A stretch of 64,000 bases of DNA, taken from Eledone cirrhosa. Its lineage: Eukaryota. The stretch is taken from positions 18,724,001-18,788,000 of the forward strand of contig OZ024743.1 of NCBI GenBank assembly GCA_964016885.1, written 5' to 3'. The position numbers and the translations under genes were made by a program. The first letter of the stretch is position 1, and each line of letters starts with the position of its first letter. Under the pieces are notes generated by a model. It was not told where the DNA came from, did no database searches, and was given only the letters and a program-made list of their open reading frames with translations. Of the stretch, positions 1 to 14,164 are shown one piece after another.

Positions 1-139
1 TGCACGCAGGTCAATTAATTATGTCAAGAATTGTAACCATGCGCTAAGAACTCAATTTTATATTATACAAATTAAATACATCCCTCTTTCCTAACGAGGT
101 CTTTTTCTCCACTATTGGCCCTGTAGTTGATGAAAATGG

Positions 140-628
<489 letters not shown>

Positions 629-795
629 GCTGCTGGTCAGTGAGGGGGTGGAAGCAATATACATACACATATCTTCCTGTGGTGGGTAGGAGAGTGGAGC
701 GTCATAGAAAGGGATTTAGTGCACTTACACCTATATATATATACACATACCTTCATCCACACATACATACATATACATATACATACACATATACA

Positions 796-1888
796 TATAT
801 AGAGATTACAATAATCAAAGTTCAGTTTAAGTCATTTATTTGCTTACAATTGTTTCCTCCAAACCGAGGGTTTGGATTCTTCGGTGCAACTTATTACTGA
901 TCTATAACATACTTGACCTCCTTTTCAACCCAAGAGACACATAAAACATATGCGCACATTGATCAACAGTGGGGTGACATTCATCAAATGATATAGCATG
1001 GCAATCTACATATAAAGGTTACAGGATAAAAATAAAATAAAAACAAGAATAAAAATAAAGATAAACATGAAGCGTTGGCAGTCTATGAAGATAAAGCAAG
1101 AGGAAAGTTTAGAGTAGTCAGTGTATGAAACAGTCTCACGTGTAGCATGCACACGTGTCTTATTTATACATGATTAGAGTGCGTCAGAATGATATTTGCA
1201 GGGTCAGGCAGTTGAAGCAGGCAATCGATCTTATTATATGGGCTGGATTATTAAGTCATTTATTCTCATACATCTGTATGATATACAGTCTCGGATGCAG
1301 GGAAACACCAAAATATCAAAAACTTTCCACATACTAAAGAACCTTATTGTATCGTAGGCAAAGCCGTACCACTGTCTTCGCTCACTCCACCACTCACATA
1401 ATCCATGAGACGCAATATATATAGAGAACACTTGTCTATCGTATAATTCGCGGTGGTTCAGCATATAATCAAGCTATAAACCGTATCCAGTCGGTTCTTA
1501 ATTAATAGATCGTGCTGTCCAGATTCCGGAAGTGTCTGAATGACTAAGGGGAATTAATGCGTAAGGGGAGGTAACTAGCTGGTTATCTTAGTTAAATTAC
1601 TATCCTAAACAGCATTAATGGTGATTCAAATACGTGCCTATCATATGAAGTTATAACTAATTTCTAGAGTATGTTACCCATTTTTAGGTTAGAGAGTTGT
1701 CCATTAAGAAGTACAAGGGTGTATATATTAGGACGACTACCATCCATTAAGGTGTGTCATACCTGAACGTTCTATAAGAGGAGTCAGACTCTCAAGTCAC
1801 TGTTCCATGCAAATGTAATATAACAGTAGGACCTGGTATGGTCCCACTATTATATATGCCACCCGGTAGGCTCCGGGTCATTGCATGT
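796..1888 (-). repeat. 3' pseudo-LTR of family A PLE
   Basis: Near-identical direct repeat of 5502-6591. Confidence 0.9.
840..889 (-). ncRNA. Type I hammerhead ribozyme, U4C core variant (3' pLTR copy)
   Basis: UUGCA-CCGAAGA-A-UCCAAACC-CUC-GGUUUGGA-G-GAAAC-AAUU-GUA/AGCAA. The first stem I pair is mismatched in this copy. Confidence 0.75.
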
Positions 1889-2839
1889 CTGAATCTCCAA
1901 TAAATCTTCGGTATGGTCCGGAGATCCAATTTCTCATATAAAGGCACTAGTCTGGCCATCAAGCAATAGACAACGCCCGTCTCATATAAATCAGTTAAGG
2001 ATCACATCTACAAGCTAGAGTGGAGTCTATTAATAGGTACTAAAGGAGTTCACATCAAGATGATTGCAATCTGGAGGTTAAATCTCTCATACCAGGGCAC
2101 CTGTCTGGCCACCAAGCAATACATAAACCCACGTCCCACATATAGATCAGGTATCCCATCCACAAGTTAGAGTGGAGTCCAGTAACAAGTACTAAAGGAG
2201 TTCGTATCATGATGACTACAATCCAACATGGGGTGCCACACCCGGCCAATCCATAAGAAGAGTGGGACTACATAATTAACTACATGGGTCTCACTATCAG
2301 TAATGGTCTTATTATCATACATGACTCCCGGCGAGATTCAGGTCGTAGTATGACTGCATCGCCGGTAAGTTCACCAGGGTGGTTCGGTGGCCGGTTCTTT
2401 CGTCAAAGGTGCCGGTCAGGTCACCAGGCAACACAGATGCTCCTAGCTCATGCATCTCCCGTGCATAATTCATTGAACTGATCGTTTACAGTATATATTC
2501 ACATAGCAATACGATTATCTATCTAATCATCAATCTATCTCTTGGTGGGAATCCATGCAGAGGACTATGTTATCGCAACCAGTACCGTGTCCCCAGTTTA
2601 TACTAAACTTATATTTGTGCAATGCAGAATAAGTAGTCCACGGTCGAGATATCAGAATTAGAGGTACAAGGGGTATTCACAGGGTAGGTGGTACTAAAAT
2701 GCTGTCAGTATTATCTTTAGAGTATAGAAATGGGTGTGGATGTGAGGTGTAAGGTGTGCTACTGATGTTAATTGCTAGGGGTGGTGCCGGTTCCAGTCTG
2801 ACATTATTATATATAGGGTTTAAAGTTTTGGAACGAGTG

Positions 2840-5290
2840 TCAGAATCGGTGTTGGCAAGTTGCGAACACTTCTGATTTTTTATTAAGGAGATTATGTTTA
2901 GAGAAGATGATGGTATGGGTCTCTAGTAGACAGAGGTTACAAAATTTATTAGGTGGTTTGTACGATGTTGCACTACCTACCACTTCCCATTTAAGTGTAT
3001 ATATTTTATTTTTAGTTTTTAGATGGTGTATGTAGCTAGATAGTGAAGTGGAGTTGGCTAGACTGTGTTTTTTGAAAGAGTGGAGTTGCGAATTGTATCT
3101 AGTTTTGAAGCAGTTAGAAGTGGAGCCTATATAGGTTTCAGAAGAGCTGTTAGTTGTGACTGTACATGAGTATATGATATCCTTGGTTAAGCATTTTTTA
3201 TCTAAAGGGCAGGTTCTACTTGATCTACAGTTACAATTACTCTGGGTGCTAGTCTGCCGGTTACTATGCTGTGTAGAAGTTTGGATGTTAGCTATAGGGT
3301 TATGGTTATGTGGGTTGTGGTACGCAGCGTTAATGTTTACACTAGTGTTATTACTATTATTTCCATTGATATTACGGTTATTTGTTATAATGTTACTTTG
3401 ACTGTTATTTTGAATGTTATTTTGAAGGTTTATCGACCGTTGTGATTTAGTTTGTTGGAAGTAAGAATTAATTTTTCTTTTATTTGTACTAGCTATGTGG
3501 TATGTTAAGTTAGGCGTAGTAGAGTATGAGATCTTTTTAGTGTTTTTGTTTAAAAGGCCGTGGTACCTGTGGCCGGATGGGAAGTGTTTATCTAGTAGTG
3601 AGAAGAAAGCCCTAGGAAGGTTGGTAGAGACGTTTAAATTGAAAGGAGGGTTGAAAAATGTATTATTTCTTCTTCTATTTCTGTTTTTTATGTCTGGTGA
3701 TTTGTTTCCTTTAATGTCCCTATGGTCATTTCTGTGGTGCGGGTTACTTTTGTTGTTACAATCCCTATTAGTGTGTGTGCGGTTGCTATTCCTATTATTA
3801 AATTTTCCCATGGACATGTTGTGTGAAATGATGTTGTAGTTATGTGTTTTTGTAGGTAGGAATTCTATCCCTGTATTATGGCCTGATCTAGCTAATGCCT
3901 GATTATAATACTGCGAGTTATTGTTAAATGTGTTTATGTCATAGGATAGATTAGAGATTCTATTAGATACTCCCTTAGAGATAGAGTTCAATATAGATTT
4001 AGGGTGTTTAGACTTGGTATCTACGTAGATGAGTTTTTCATTAGGTTTGTGGAAAGGTGCATATATCATTGAGTCTAAGTAGAGTGTGGCGTCTAGGAAG
4101 TTGACGTTTTTGGTGTTTTTGTCCATGGTAATACTAAGGTTAAAGTTTTTGAATGTTTTGTGCAATAGTTTTCTAGTCCTTTCTATATTGAATGTTTTAT
4201 AGTCTATAAGTAGAAGTGCATCGTCGCGATACAAACCACCGCTGAGGTACGGGAGTTCCCTGTGGATTAGGTTAAGTAAGTATAGGCCAACTAAATCAGT
4301 GACCTGCGCCGAGTCGCTAGACCCCATAGTAATGTCGAAGTTGTTTTGCGTATCCTTGCGGGTCCATAATTGGTCTTCAAAGGTGATTATTGTTTTACGG
4401 GCCGCAAGTATGACATCAATCTGGGGTCTAGTCAAGTCACTATTGTCCATGGCCATTATAAGTGCCTTATTTAGTAGGATAGGGGAAATAGAGGTGTAGT
4501 AAGAGTTGATATCAAATTGAATAAATTTTTTATCCTTGTTATCTATGATATTTTTGAACCATTCAATCACTTCACCCGTATTTCCCCATTGTTTAAGGTA
4601 AATCTTGTGTTTAATCTGTGGGATGATTTTGTCTAGGATTTTTTTACTGATAATGCCAATGTCAGACCTGGAGGGGCAGATTAGTCTAATCGAGGGGTTG
4701 CTAATGAAGTCTACCGTATGGTCCTTCAGAGAGAATCTAGGGGGGTTTGGGGTATAAGGTTGTGTATGTCTCTGGAGCCCTAGTTTGGATACTATATTAT
4801 AGCCTTCCATATTAATATCTTCTAAGTTTTTCATAGTGGTTTTCTTGTAGCTTTTATGTAGTTCATTATATATAAACTTTCTATACGTATTATAATCTAG
4901 GCTGTATATGTTATTAGTTTTGTCGGCATGTACAAAAATGTTACTACTAGTTTTGAAGTCATTAATAGAGGTGCTAAGTTTATTTAAGAAGGTGTTGTTT
5001 TTATTATGGTGTTTTTTGTATTTAATGTTTTTAACTAGTTTAATTAGGTCGTTTTCGAAGTGGTTTAGTAGTGTGTTATGAGGGGGGCTTCTAAATGTTT
5101 TAAAGCCGAAGGAGTCAAATTTGTTGGTGTTATTATCCTTGCCAGATTTGTTTCTATCATAATGGAATGTCCTCCATCTCACTCTATTGATAAAGGAGTT
5201 TACACTGTTGATCAACAACTTTTCATATGTATTTTTGGTTGGTAAAGGTATGTTCTTGGTTGACATAGGGAGTTGGTCTTTGATCAGCAT
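2840..5290 (-). CDS. PLE reverse transcriptase + GIY-YIG endonuclease (816 aa; probable premature UGA about 11 codons before the natural end)
   Basis: RT motifs FIQFDINSYY, ITMGSSDSAQVTDLVG, GLYRDD and NFLD. Linker CNCRSSRTCPLDKKCL. Endonuclease motifs IIY...YIG...RY, CNLCLLE and LLNKKSE. Confidence 0.95.
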   Translation of the reverse strand: MLIKDQLPMSTKNIPLPTKNTYEKLLINSVNSFINRVRWRTFHYDRNKSGKDNNTNKFDSFGFKTFRSPPHNTLLNHFENDLIKLVKNIKYKKHHNKNNTFLNKLSTSINDFKTSSNIFVHADKTNNIYSLDYNTYRKFIYNELHKSYKKTTMKNLEDINMEGYNIVSKLGLQRHTQPYTPNPPRFSLKDHTVDFISNPSIRLICPSRSDIGIISKKILDKIIPQIKHKIYLKQWGNTGEVIEWFKNIIDNKDKKFIQFDINSYYTSISPILLNKALIMAMDNSDLTRPQIDVILAARKTIITFEDQLWTRKDTQNNFDITMGSSDSAQVTDLVGLYLLNLIHRELPYLSGGLYRDDALLLIDYKTFNIERTRKLLHKTFKNFNLSITMDKNTKNVNFLDATLYLDSMIYAPFHKPNEKLIYVDTKSKHPKSILNSISKGVSNRISNLSYDINTFNNNSQYYNQALARSGHNTGIEFLPTKTHNYNIISHNMSMGKFNNRNSNRTHTNRDCNNKSNPHHRNDHRDIKGNKSPDIKNRNRRRNNTFFNPPFNLNVSTNLPRAFFSLLDKHFPSGHRYHGLLNKNTKKISYSTTPNLTYHIASTNKRKINSYFQQTKSQRSINLQNNIQNNSQSNIITNNRNINGNNSNNTSVNINAAYHNPHNHNPIANIQTSTQHSNRQTSTQSNCNCRSSRTCPLDKKCLTKDIIYSCTVTTNSSSETYIGSTSNCFKTRYNSQLHSFKKHSLANSTSLSSYIHHLKTKNKIYTLKWEVVGSATSYKPPNKFCNLCLLETHTIIFSKHNLLNKKSEVFATCQHRF

Positions 5291-5338
5291 GCTGGTAATT
5301 TATGGTATATCAGCTCAACAAAATGGAGCAGTTATTAG

Positions 5339-6591
5339 AATTAAGGGTACTATTTATGGCTATGTATGCAATAAAACCTTTAATGGTAATATATTATATA
5401 TACACAAACCCTAAATAGTGAAAGATAGTCATTAATTACTATCCTATTACCAGTAAGATAAATAACTCAATGTAATAACATCAGTTGTTTTACAGAGCAG
5501 TTATATAGAGATTACAATAATCAAAGTTCAGTTTAAGTCATTTATTTGCTTACAATTGTTTCCTCCAAACCGAGGTTTGGATTCTTCGGAGCAACTATTT
5601 ACTGATCTATAACATACTTGACCTCTTTTCAACTCAAGAGACACATAAAACATATGCGCATATTGATCAACAGTGGGGTGACATTCATCAAATGATATAG
5701 CATGGTAATTTACATATAAAGGTTACAGGATAAAAATAAAATAAAAACAAGAATGAAAATAAAGATAAACATGAAGCGTTGGCAGTCTATGAAGATAAAG
5801 CAAGAGCAAAGTTTAGAGTAGTCAGTGTATGAAACAGTCTCACGTGTAGCATGCACGCGTGTCTTATTTATACATGATTAGAGTGCGTCAGAATGATATT
5901 TGCAGGGTCAGGCAGTTGAAGCAGGCAATCGATCTTATTATGTGGGCTGGATTATTAAGTCATTTATTCTCATACATCTGTATGATATACAGTCTCGGAT
6001 GCAGGGAAACACCAAAATATCAAAAACTTTCCACATACTAAAAACCTTATTGTATCGTAGGCAAAGCCGTACCACTGTCTTCGCTCACTCCACCACTCAC
6101 ATAATCCATGAGACGCAATATATATAGAGAACACTTGTCTATCGTATAATTCGCGGTGGTTCAGCATATAATCAAGCTATAAACCGTATCCAGTCGGTTC
6201 TTAATTAATATATCGTGCTGTCCAGATTCCGGAAGTGTCTGAATGACTAAGGGGAATTAATGCGTAAGGGGAGGTAACTAGCTAGTTATCTTAGTTAAAT
6301 TACTATCCTAAACAGCATTAATGGTGATTCAAATACGTGCCTATCATATGAAGTTATAACTAATTTCTAGAGTATGTTACCCATTTTTAGGTTAGAGAGT
6401 TGTCCATTAAGAATTACAAGGGTGTATATATTAGGATGACTACCATCCATTAAGGTGTGTCATATCTGAACGTTCTATAAGAGGAGTCAGACTCTCAATT
6501 CACTGTTCCATGCAAATGTAATATAACAGTAGGACTTGGTATGGTCCCACTATTATATATGCCACCCGGTAGGCTCCGGGTCATTGCATGT
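5339..6591 (-). repeat. 5' pseudo-LTR of family A PLE
   Basis: Repeat of 796-1888 plus a ~165-bp terminal extension (5339-5501) that also occurs at 6590-6738 and 50640-50802. Confidence 0.88.
5546..5594 (-). ncRNA. Type I hammerhead ribozyme, U4C core variant (5' pLTR copy)
   Basis: UUGCU-CCGAAGA-A-UCCAAACC-UC-GGUUUGGA-G-GAAAC-AAUU-GUA/AGCAA. Stem I is a perfect 5 bp and stem III is the palindrome ACAAUUGU. Confidence 0.85.
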
Positions 6592-6742
6592 TACATTGAG
6601 CTATTTATCTTACTGGTGAGCTATTTATCTTACTGGTAATAGGATAGTAGTTAATGACTATCTTTCACTATTTAGGGTTTATGTATATATAATATTAAAG
6701 GTTTTATTGCATACATAGCCATAAATAGTACCCTTAATACAC

Positions 6743-6823
<81 letters not shown>

Positions 6824-6892
6824 CACACATACATACACACACACATACATATACATACACACATACACACACACACACACATATATACACAT

Positions 6893-6933
<41 letters not shown>

Positions 6934-7351
6934 TATATATACATGCACATACATCCAGATACACACATACATACACACACACACACGCACACACAATACA
7001 TACATCCACATGCACACACATACACACACACACATATACACATACATACACCCACACACAGAGAAATGGCCTCCAAATATATATATATATATACATACAT
7101 ACACATATATTTTTTCCATAATATAAGAAGTTGGGACAGTGAAATTAAAATACAAGTCATTCTGATCACATCGAGTTCTTCATGTAGATTGGGCCCCGCA
7201 ACCGACAGTGGTGAATTCTGTGTGCGCATATATATATAGATATATGTGTGTGCACGTGCAGGGTTTAACATGGATGTGTTGGTCACACAAAGGCATGGTC
7301 TGTCAACGAATAAATCTGATTCTACAGAATTGGTATCTGGTCTTTAATAGT

Positions 7352-8038
<687 letters not shown>

Positions 8039-8099
8039 AACATGGATCTCTACATTGCCAACTGGGATGCAATTATGAACGAACTATCACATGTTTACT

Positions 8100-9790
8100 G
8101 TGTTCTTTCATTTGCTAAATAACACATGGTCTCTGTCTCCACTATTGGCCCTCTAGTTGATGAAAATGGCACACCCAAGATAATGCCAAAACCATGGGCG
8201 AGATACTGCAGAGACAATACTGCTCTGATTTCATCAATCCTTATAAGGCCGATCTGGGCTGTATAAGTGATGTTAAATCCCCAACAAACTATATCGGAAT
8301 AACGTTTGGCGCCCCTGATGTCTTAGCGGCAATAAACGAAATTGGACACAATTCAGCAGTAGGCCCCGACAGGTTCCCTGCTTGTGTCCTGAAGGTGTGT
8401 CGACACCAACTTGCATCTCGTCTTGATAATCTGTGGAGGAACTCACTGGATACTGGTTATATTCCGGAAAACCTTCTGTCCCAGTCTTCAAAAAGGGAAA
8501 TAAGACCCTTGCAGTGAACGACCGTCCGATCTCACTAACCTCTCATATTATCAAGGTATTTGAGAGGGTGGTGAGATCACGAATACCCACTATCTTAAAA
8601 TCAACGGCCTGCTGAACTCCAACCAATATGGGTTGTCTAAGGGAAGGGACTGCCTAACGCAGCTCCGTCATCACTTTGACGATGTTTTGAGAGTCTTGGG
8701 AGAGGGCTCCAACACTGATGTCATCTACCTTGATTTGAGCAAGGATTTTTGACAGGGTTGATCATAAGATTCTACTGAAGAAACTATCCAATATTGGTGT
8801 CTCTGCAAATTTACTACAGTGGATCAAATGTTTCCTGACAGGGATAACCCAACGTGTTGTTGTCGAAGGAGTAAGATTAAGCCCTGCCAAAGTCAGCAGT
8901 AGCGTCCCACACTTCTTTTCATCTACATTAATGACATTACTGACATCATCAAGCACAGCAACATAAAAATCTTCGGAGATGATTCCAAGCTCCAAAGGTT
9001 CATCAATGAGGTGGGTGACCGGACTTGCCTTCAATCTGCCTACTGGCTTTTATCCAATGGGCAGAACATAATAATATGCTGTTGAATGAGGATAAGTTTG
9101 AATTAATCCACTTTGGAAAAAAGGGTATCTCCGAAACTACATTACTCTCTTCTTCGGATGAAGCTCTAGTGGCATCCAACAACATCAGAGACCTGGGAGT
9201 AATTGTGGACAACAACATAATCTGGGCCACTCACATAAACAGGAAAGTTAAATGTGTTCTTGGATTCTCAGAACTTTCCAGTCGAGAGATATCCACACTG
9301 TTATCCTTCTCTTCTCCACTTTCGCCCGACTCCACCTTCAATTATGTTGTCCACTGTGGTCTTCCAACACGAAACAAAGTATCACGAAAGTTGACGCACC
9401 CCAAAACTAGATTACAAAAAAGAAGATGGCATGACTGGCCTTGACTAATGGAGTCGATTAGAAAAGCTCAACATTTATTCTTTCCAACGTCGTCGTGAGC
9501 GCTACGTTATCTACACGATGTGGAAAATATTCCACCAGCTTCGCACAAATGATGTTGGCATCACCTTTCATGTACACCCAGGGATTGGGCCCCGTGCTAT
9601 CCGCCCACGACAACGATCTCACTCGCATCTCATAATAATAATACGGCACAATTATTCTACCTCAATTGGCCCTGCTCTCTTTACCATTACACCAAAAAAA
9701 AATCAAAACAGAAACAAACCCCATCAATTAAGAAGCCTTTGGATGAATTCCTTCAAGAAATTCCGGATATGGCTCCGTAAGCAATAACTC
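8100..9790 (+). pseudogene. Degraded LINE ORF2 reverse transcriptase (CR1/L2-like clade)
   Basis: Across frameshifts it reads AVGPDRFP, VPVFKKGNK, RPISLTSHIIKVFERVV, DVIYLDLSK.FD, IYINDI, IFGDDSKL, WAEHNNMLLNEDKF and IRDLGVIVD. Confidence 0.87.
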
Positions 9791-9989
9791 TCTGCTCGAG
9801 TGGGCCATGGTGCCCAAATCCTGATTTCTAAGACTTTGGCAGGTGGTGCTATTAAGTTAGACATGGCCTGGGCCAATACTGGCCAACACCTATCAAAGTT
9901 GTCAAAGTTATATATATATATGTACATACATATATATATATACATATACATATATACTTATTTATGTATGTATATATATATAATATAAT

Positions 9990-10021
<32 letters not shown>

Positions 10022-10059
10022 AATCAGGAAAGAAGGTTGACATGGTTTGCTATACAAAT

Positions 10060-11044
10060 TATAATGCAGCATTACGTAGGGCCGGTCATAAAGATAACCT
10101 GCAGTATATAGTGAATAAGGACAACGTAAACAATCCTAGTAATTACTACTCCAACCGCTCACATAATAATAGGAATAGCTTGACTAGACATAGGGTTAGA
10201 TAAGTAACACCTGGAGTAAACGGCCAAAACACTAATAACGTAAACCCAAGAAACAATAGAAGAAACAGACAAAGAAAATACCTATTGTTCAACCCAATAT
10301 TCAACTCCTCTATAAAAACTAGACTACCCTCTACATTCTTTAAACTAATAGATAAACACTTTCCTATCTCGCATAGATATCACAAAATACTCAATAGATC
10401 TACTATAAAAGTCTCATTCTCAACAGCAGCTAACATAGAATCTCACATACGCAAGATCAACCACAGAAATATCTCTAGTAAATCAACTGCACCTATACAT
10501 AAGCACAAACACATCACAACATCACAACCACAAGCGCATACAAACGCGCAGCAGCAAAACCCCATTGGGCGTATATCACAACCCACTTATAACAGAGTAC
10601 TAAACAGGAATGTAAAAGCTGCACAAAATAGCGCCTCAAACTGTAACTGTCACCTCCCAGATTGGTGCCCATTGGCGAACAGATGTCTCGATTCGAGCCT
10701 GGTATACATGTGCACGGTCATCTCGGGTAACTCCACCTGGAATTACATAGGATCCACCGCGGGTTCTTTTAAAAAAAAATGAAAAACCGTGCACTTATGG
10801 GTTCCACAACCCTCGCCAAAAAAATATGGGAATTGAAGGACAGCAACACTAACTACAGTATCAACTGGTCGAAGTTGTCGGCTGCTAAAACCTATAGTAC
10901 AGGGATGTCCCACTGCGGGCTATGTGATCTGAGCTATTGTATATCCTTAAATATGTAAAAAGGCTACTTAACAATAAGTTAGAAAGATCTATCTTCTGCA
11001 GACATAGAATTGCCACTAAATTGATAAGATTCAAACCTCCGTGA
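10060..11044 (+). pseudogene. PLE thumb-linker-GIY-YIG remnant
   Basis: YNAALRRAG, FNPIFN, HRYHKILNRSTIKVSFS, NCNCHLPDWCPLANRCL, LVY...YIGST and CGLCDL, with stops and frameshifts. Confidence 0.85.
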
Positions 11045-11416
11045 ATCGAACCAACATAACATAGCTTCAAATTAGGATACCTACTACCCACAGAAATATA
11101 TTCATTAAGTATACTATATCCTTCACAAGTCTATACCACATAATTGTCTGTAAGTACCTCATCTACCAACAAACTTATTCCTTCTCAGCTGCTGCCATCA
11201 TTTGATCCTAAATCCTAGTTTTTCTCAAATCACTACTACAATGTAACTTTACCTTCTTTTTGCCATAATTACAATTAGCACGCTTATCTCTTTGCATGTA
11301 TGTATATTTTTGTACGAGTGTATATTGATGTGTATGTATGTGTCTATGTACACATGCATGTTTATATATGTATATATATATATAATATATATATATGTGT
11401 GTGTGTGTATGTGTGT

Positions 11417-11474
<58 letters not shown>

Positions 11475-11860
11475 AAATATATGCGTATATTACTTCGTTA
11501 ACCTCTGTATTAACTCAACAACTATTTAGCTTTGACAGTGTTGTCCCACTCATGTATACTATTGAAGATGAAGAGAAAGACTGTAAACACTAGCTTATCT
11601 TTAAAATTTAAAATTGATATACACTTCGATATTCTGTACATGCCAAACGCTTTCTTTTGCCTCATGACAGCTAGTTTTACACGCCGTAACGTTAGATACA
11701 TTATATACCCCCCACCTAAGTAATGTCAGGGTCTCCTTAAATAATTTATTAATAGCATTGTTGTAATTGTTGTTATTGTTCTATTGTTCTAATTGAATGC
11801 CATTACTACTTCATATAGTAGCCTGTATATTCTTTTCTTGCCTGTGTATTTTCTTCCTTC

Positions 11861-11979
11861 TCGCATGCTCCGAAGATCTGACTGGTTATAATTTTGTATT
11901 GGCGATCGAGTAACGCGAACATAAGCGAATAGCGATCTCTAGACCTACCAGCTCAGTGAAACAAATGTAAGCTATGTGA
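11861..11979 (+). ncRNA. Type I hammerhead ribozyme, U4C core with 81-nt stem II domain
   Basis: UCGCAUGCU-CCGAAGA-U-CUGA CUGGU...ACCAG C UCAG-U-GAAAC-AAAU-GUA/AGC U AUGUGA. Stem I is 9 bp with one bulge. Confidence 0.75.
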
Positions 11980-12197
11980 TTAAACCTTTTTTGTATAGCA
12001 AACCATGTCAACCTTCTTTCCTGATTTATTATTACTCCAAGTGTTTACAACATAGGAATTACGGCATACCCGCAGCATCACAATGAAAACGCCTTGTTGA
12101 GTCAAACCAAGCCAAGCGTTAATATCATCCACTACCTGGAATACAATAACTGGACTTTACCTAGGTGGACTGCATTTAACTATTATTTGTTACCCCG

Positions 12198-12229
<32 letters not shown>

Positions 12230-12347
12230 GAGAGAGATATAGAGATATATATAATATATAATATAATATATATATAATATAATATATTATAATATAATAT
12301 AATATATATAATATAATATAAAATATATATAATAAATAATATATATA

Positions 12348-12397
<50 letters not shown>

Positions 12398-12410
12398 TAT
12401 ATATATTAAG

Positions 12411-13180
<770 letters not shown>

Positions 13181-13209
13181 TATATATATATATTTCGTTT
13201 CTGAATTTG

Positions 13210-14150
13210 TTTAGCAAGATTCCTCATCTGAAAACGTGTGTTGAACCGATAAACTTAATATTAAGAGAGTAGAAACTCCAGGTACCTCCATAAAAACACT
13301 TATTAGTAATACATACCTTTTTGAAAGACCTCCCTGTATACATAAGAAATGCATAATATGTAAACTAAGCCCCCATATTAACTGTAAAACAGAAATGTAG
13401 TATATAGCATAAGATGTACTGAAGGACAATGTAACGATGAGAATATAGTGTACATAGGTGAGACAGCTCGTAGTATAGGAGAACAGTTAAATCAACACTT
13501 GAAGATAAAAAAGAATCATCAATATTCCACTAAAATAAAAAAAAGATAAAAAATGAGATAAAAAAGATTCATCAATACCCCATGATAAAATAGAACATAA
13601 GGGCAAATTAGAGAACATAGAAATAAAAATAGAATATATACACAGAAAAGACGCAATGTTTAGACAAATCACAGAGGCAATAAATATAAATGAACTCGAA
13701 CTAAAATTAAATAGAAAACATGAATGAAATAGCAACATCACAGCTTACAATTAAGGACAATATGAAAATACTCACACATATAGAACAAACAACCACACAG
13801 TAACATGTAAATAAACAAATAAATAAACAAATAAAAACACACACAGACACCCGGATGTAATACATGTGCAAACTAAACACACAACACACACAAAAACAAG
13901 ATGGCGTAGGACAGAACAAAGGTGAGGCACAAAACAAAGAAAAAAAACCCGTCAGTAAAGAGGTCACATAATGTGTGACGAAAGATCTTTGACAATATAT
14001 GAAGAACCTTCCGGTTATGGAACCAACCAACCAACCGGAAATTTATAAATTCATAAATTCTTAAATTTATAAATTTAATTTATAATAAATTGGAGTGAAA
14101 GCACGGGTGCGTGTGTTTCTTATTGGCAACATGACCCTCCCAAATCATAA
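13210..14150 (+). mobile_element. Degraded Neptune-like PLE 3' fragment (linker + GIY-YIG + 3' UTR)
   Basis: Translates with breaks to VVETPGTSIKTLIS, CIHKKCIICK..INCK, YIGETARSIGE and RQITEA..LNRK.EW. Homologous to 63250-63731. Confidence 0.75.
13951..13993 (+). ncRNA. Degenerate hammerhead (core GUAAAGA), probably inactive
   Basis: GUCA-GUAAAGA-G-GUCACA-UAAUG-UGUGAC-GAAA-GAUC-UU/UGAC. All three stems are intact but the core is mutated at C3 and G5. Confidence 0.6.
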
Positions 14151-14164
14151 CAATATATATATGG

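Larger units (their letters stand above)
796..6738 (-). mobile_element. Near full-length Penelope-like element (Naiad-type, family A) with pLTRs and a 5' inverted segment
   Basis: RT+GIY-YIG ORF at 5290-2840. Direct repeats 796-1888 / 5502-6591. 6590-6738 is an inverted copy of 5339-5478. Both flanks are TA/CA microsatellite. Confidence 0.93.
10019..12200 (+). mobile_element. 5'-truncated Naiad-type PLE (family B) with a 40-bp 5' inverted segment
   Basis: Thumb/linker/EN remnant at 10060-11044. 10019-10058 is the reverse complement of 11990-12029. HHR at 11861-11979. (TA)n on both sides. Confidence 0.85.

Noticed and set aside
2840-2842. UGA as selenocysteine (known in some Naiad PLEs)
   Set aside because: It aligns to a non-Cys position, all linker and EN cysteines are ordinary codons, and no SECIS was recognised.
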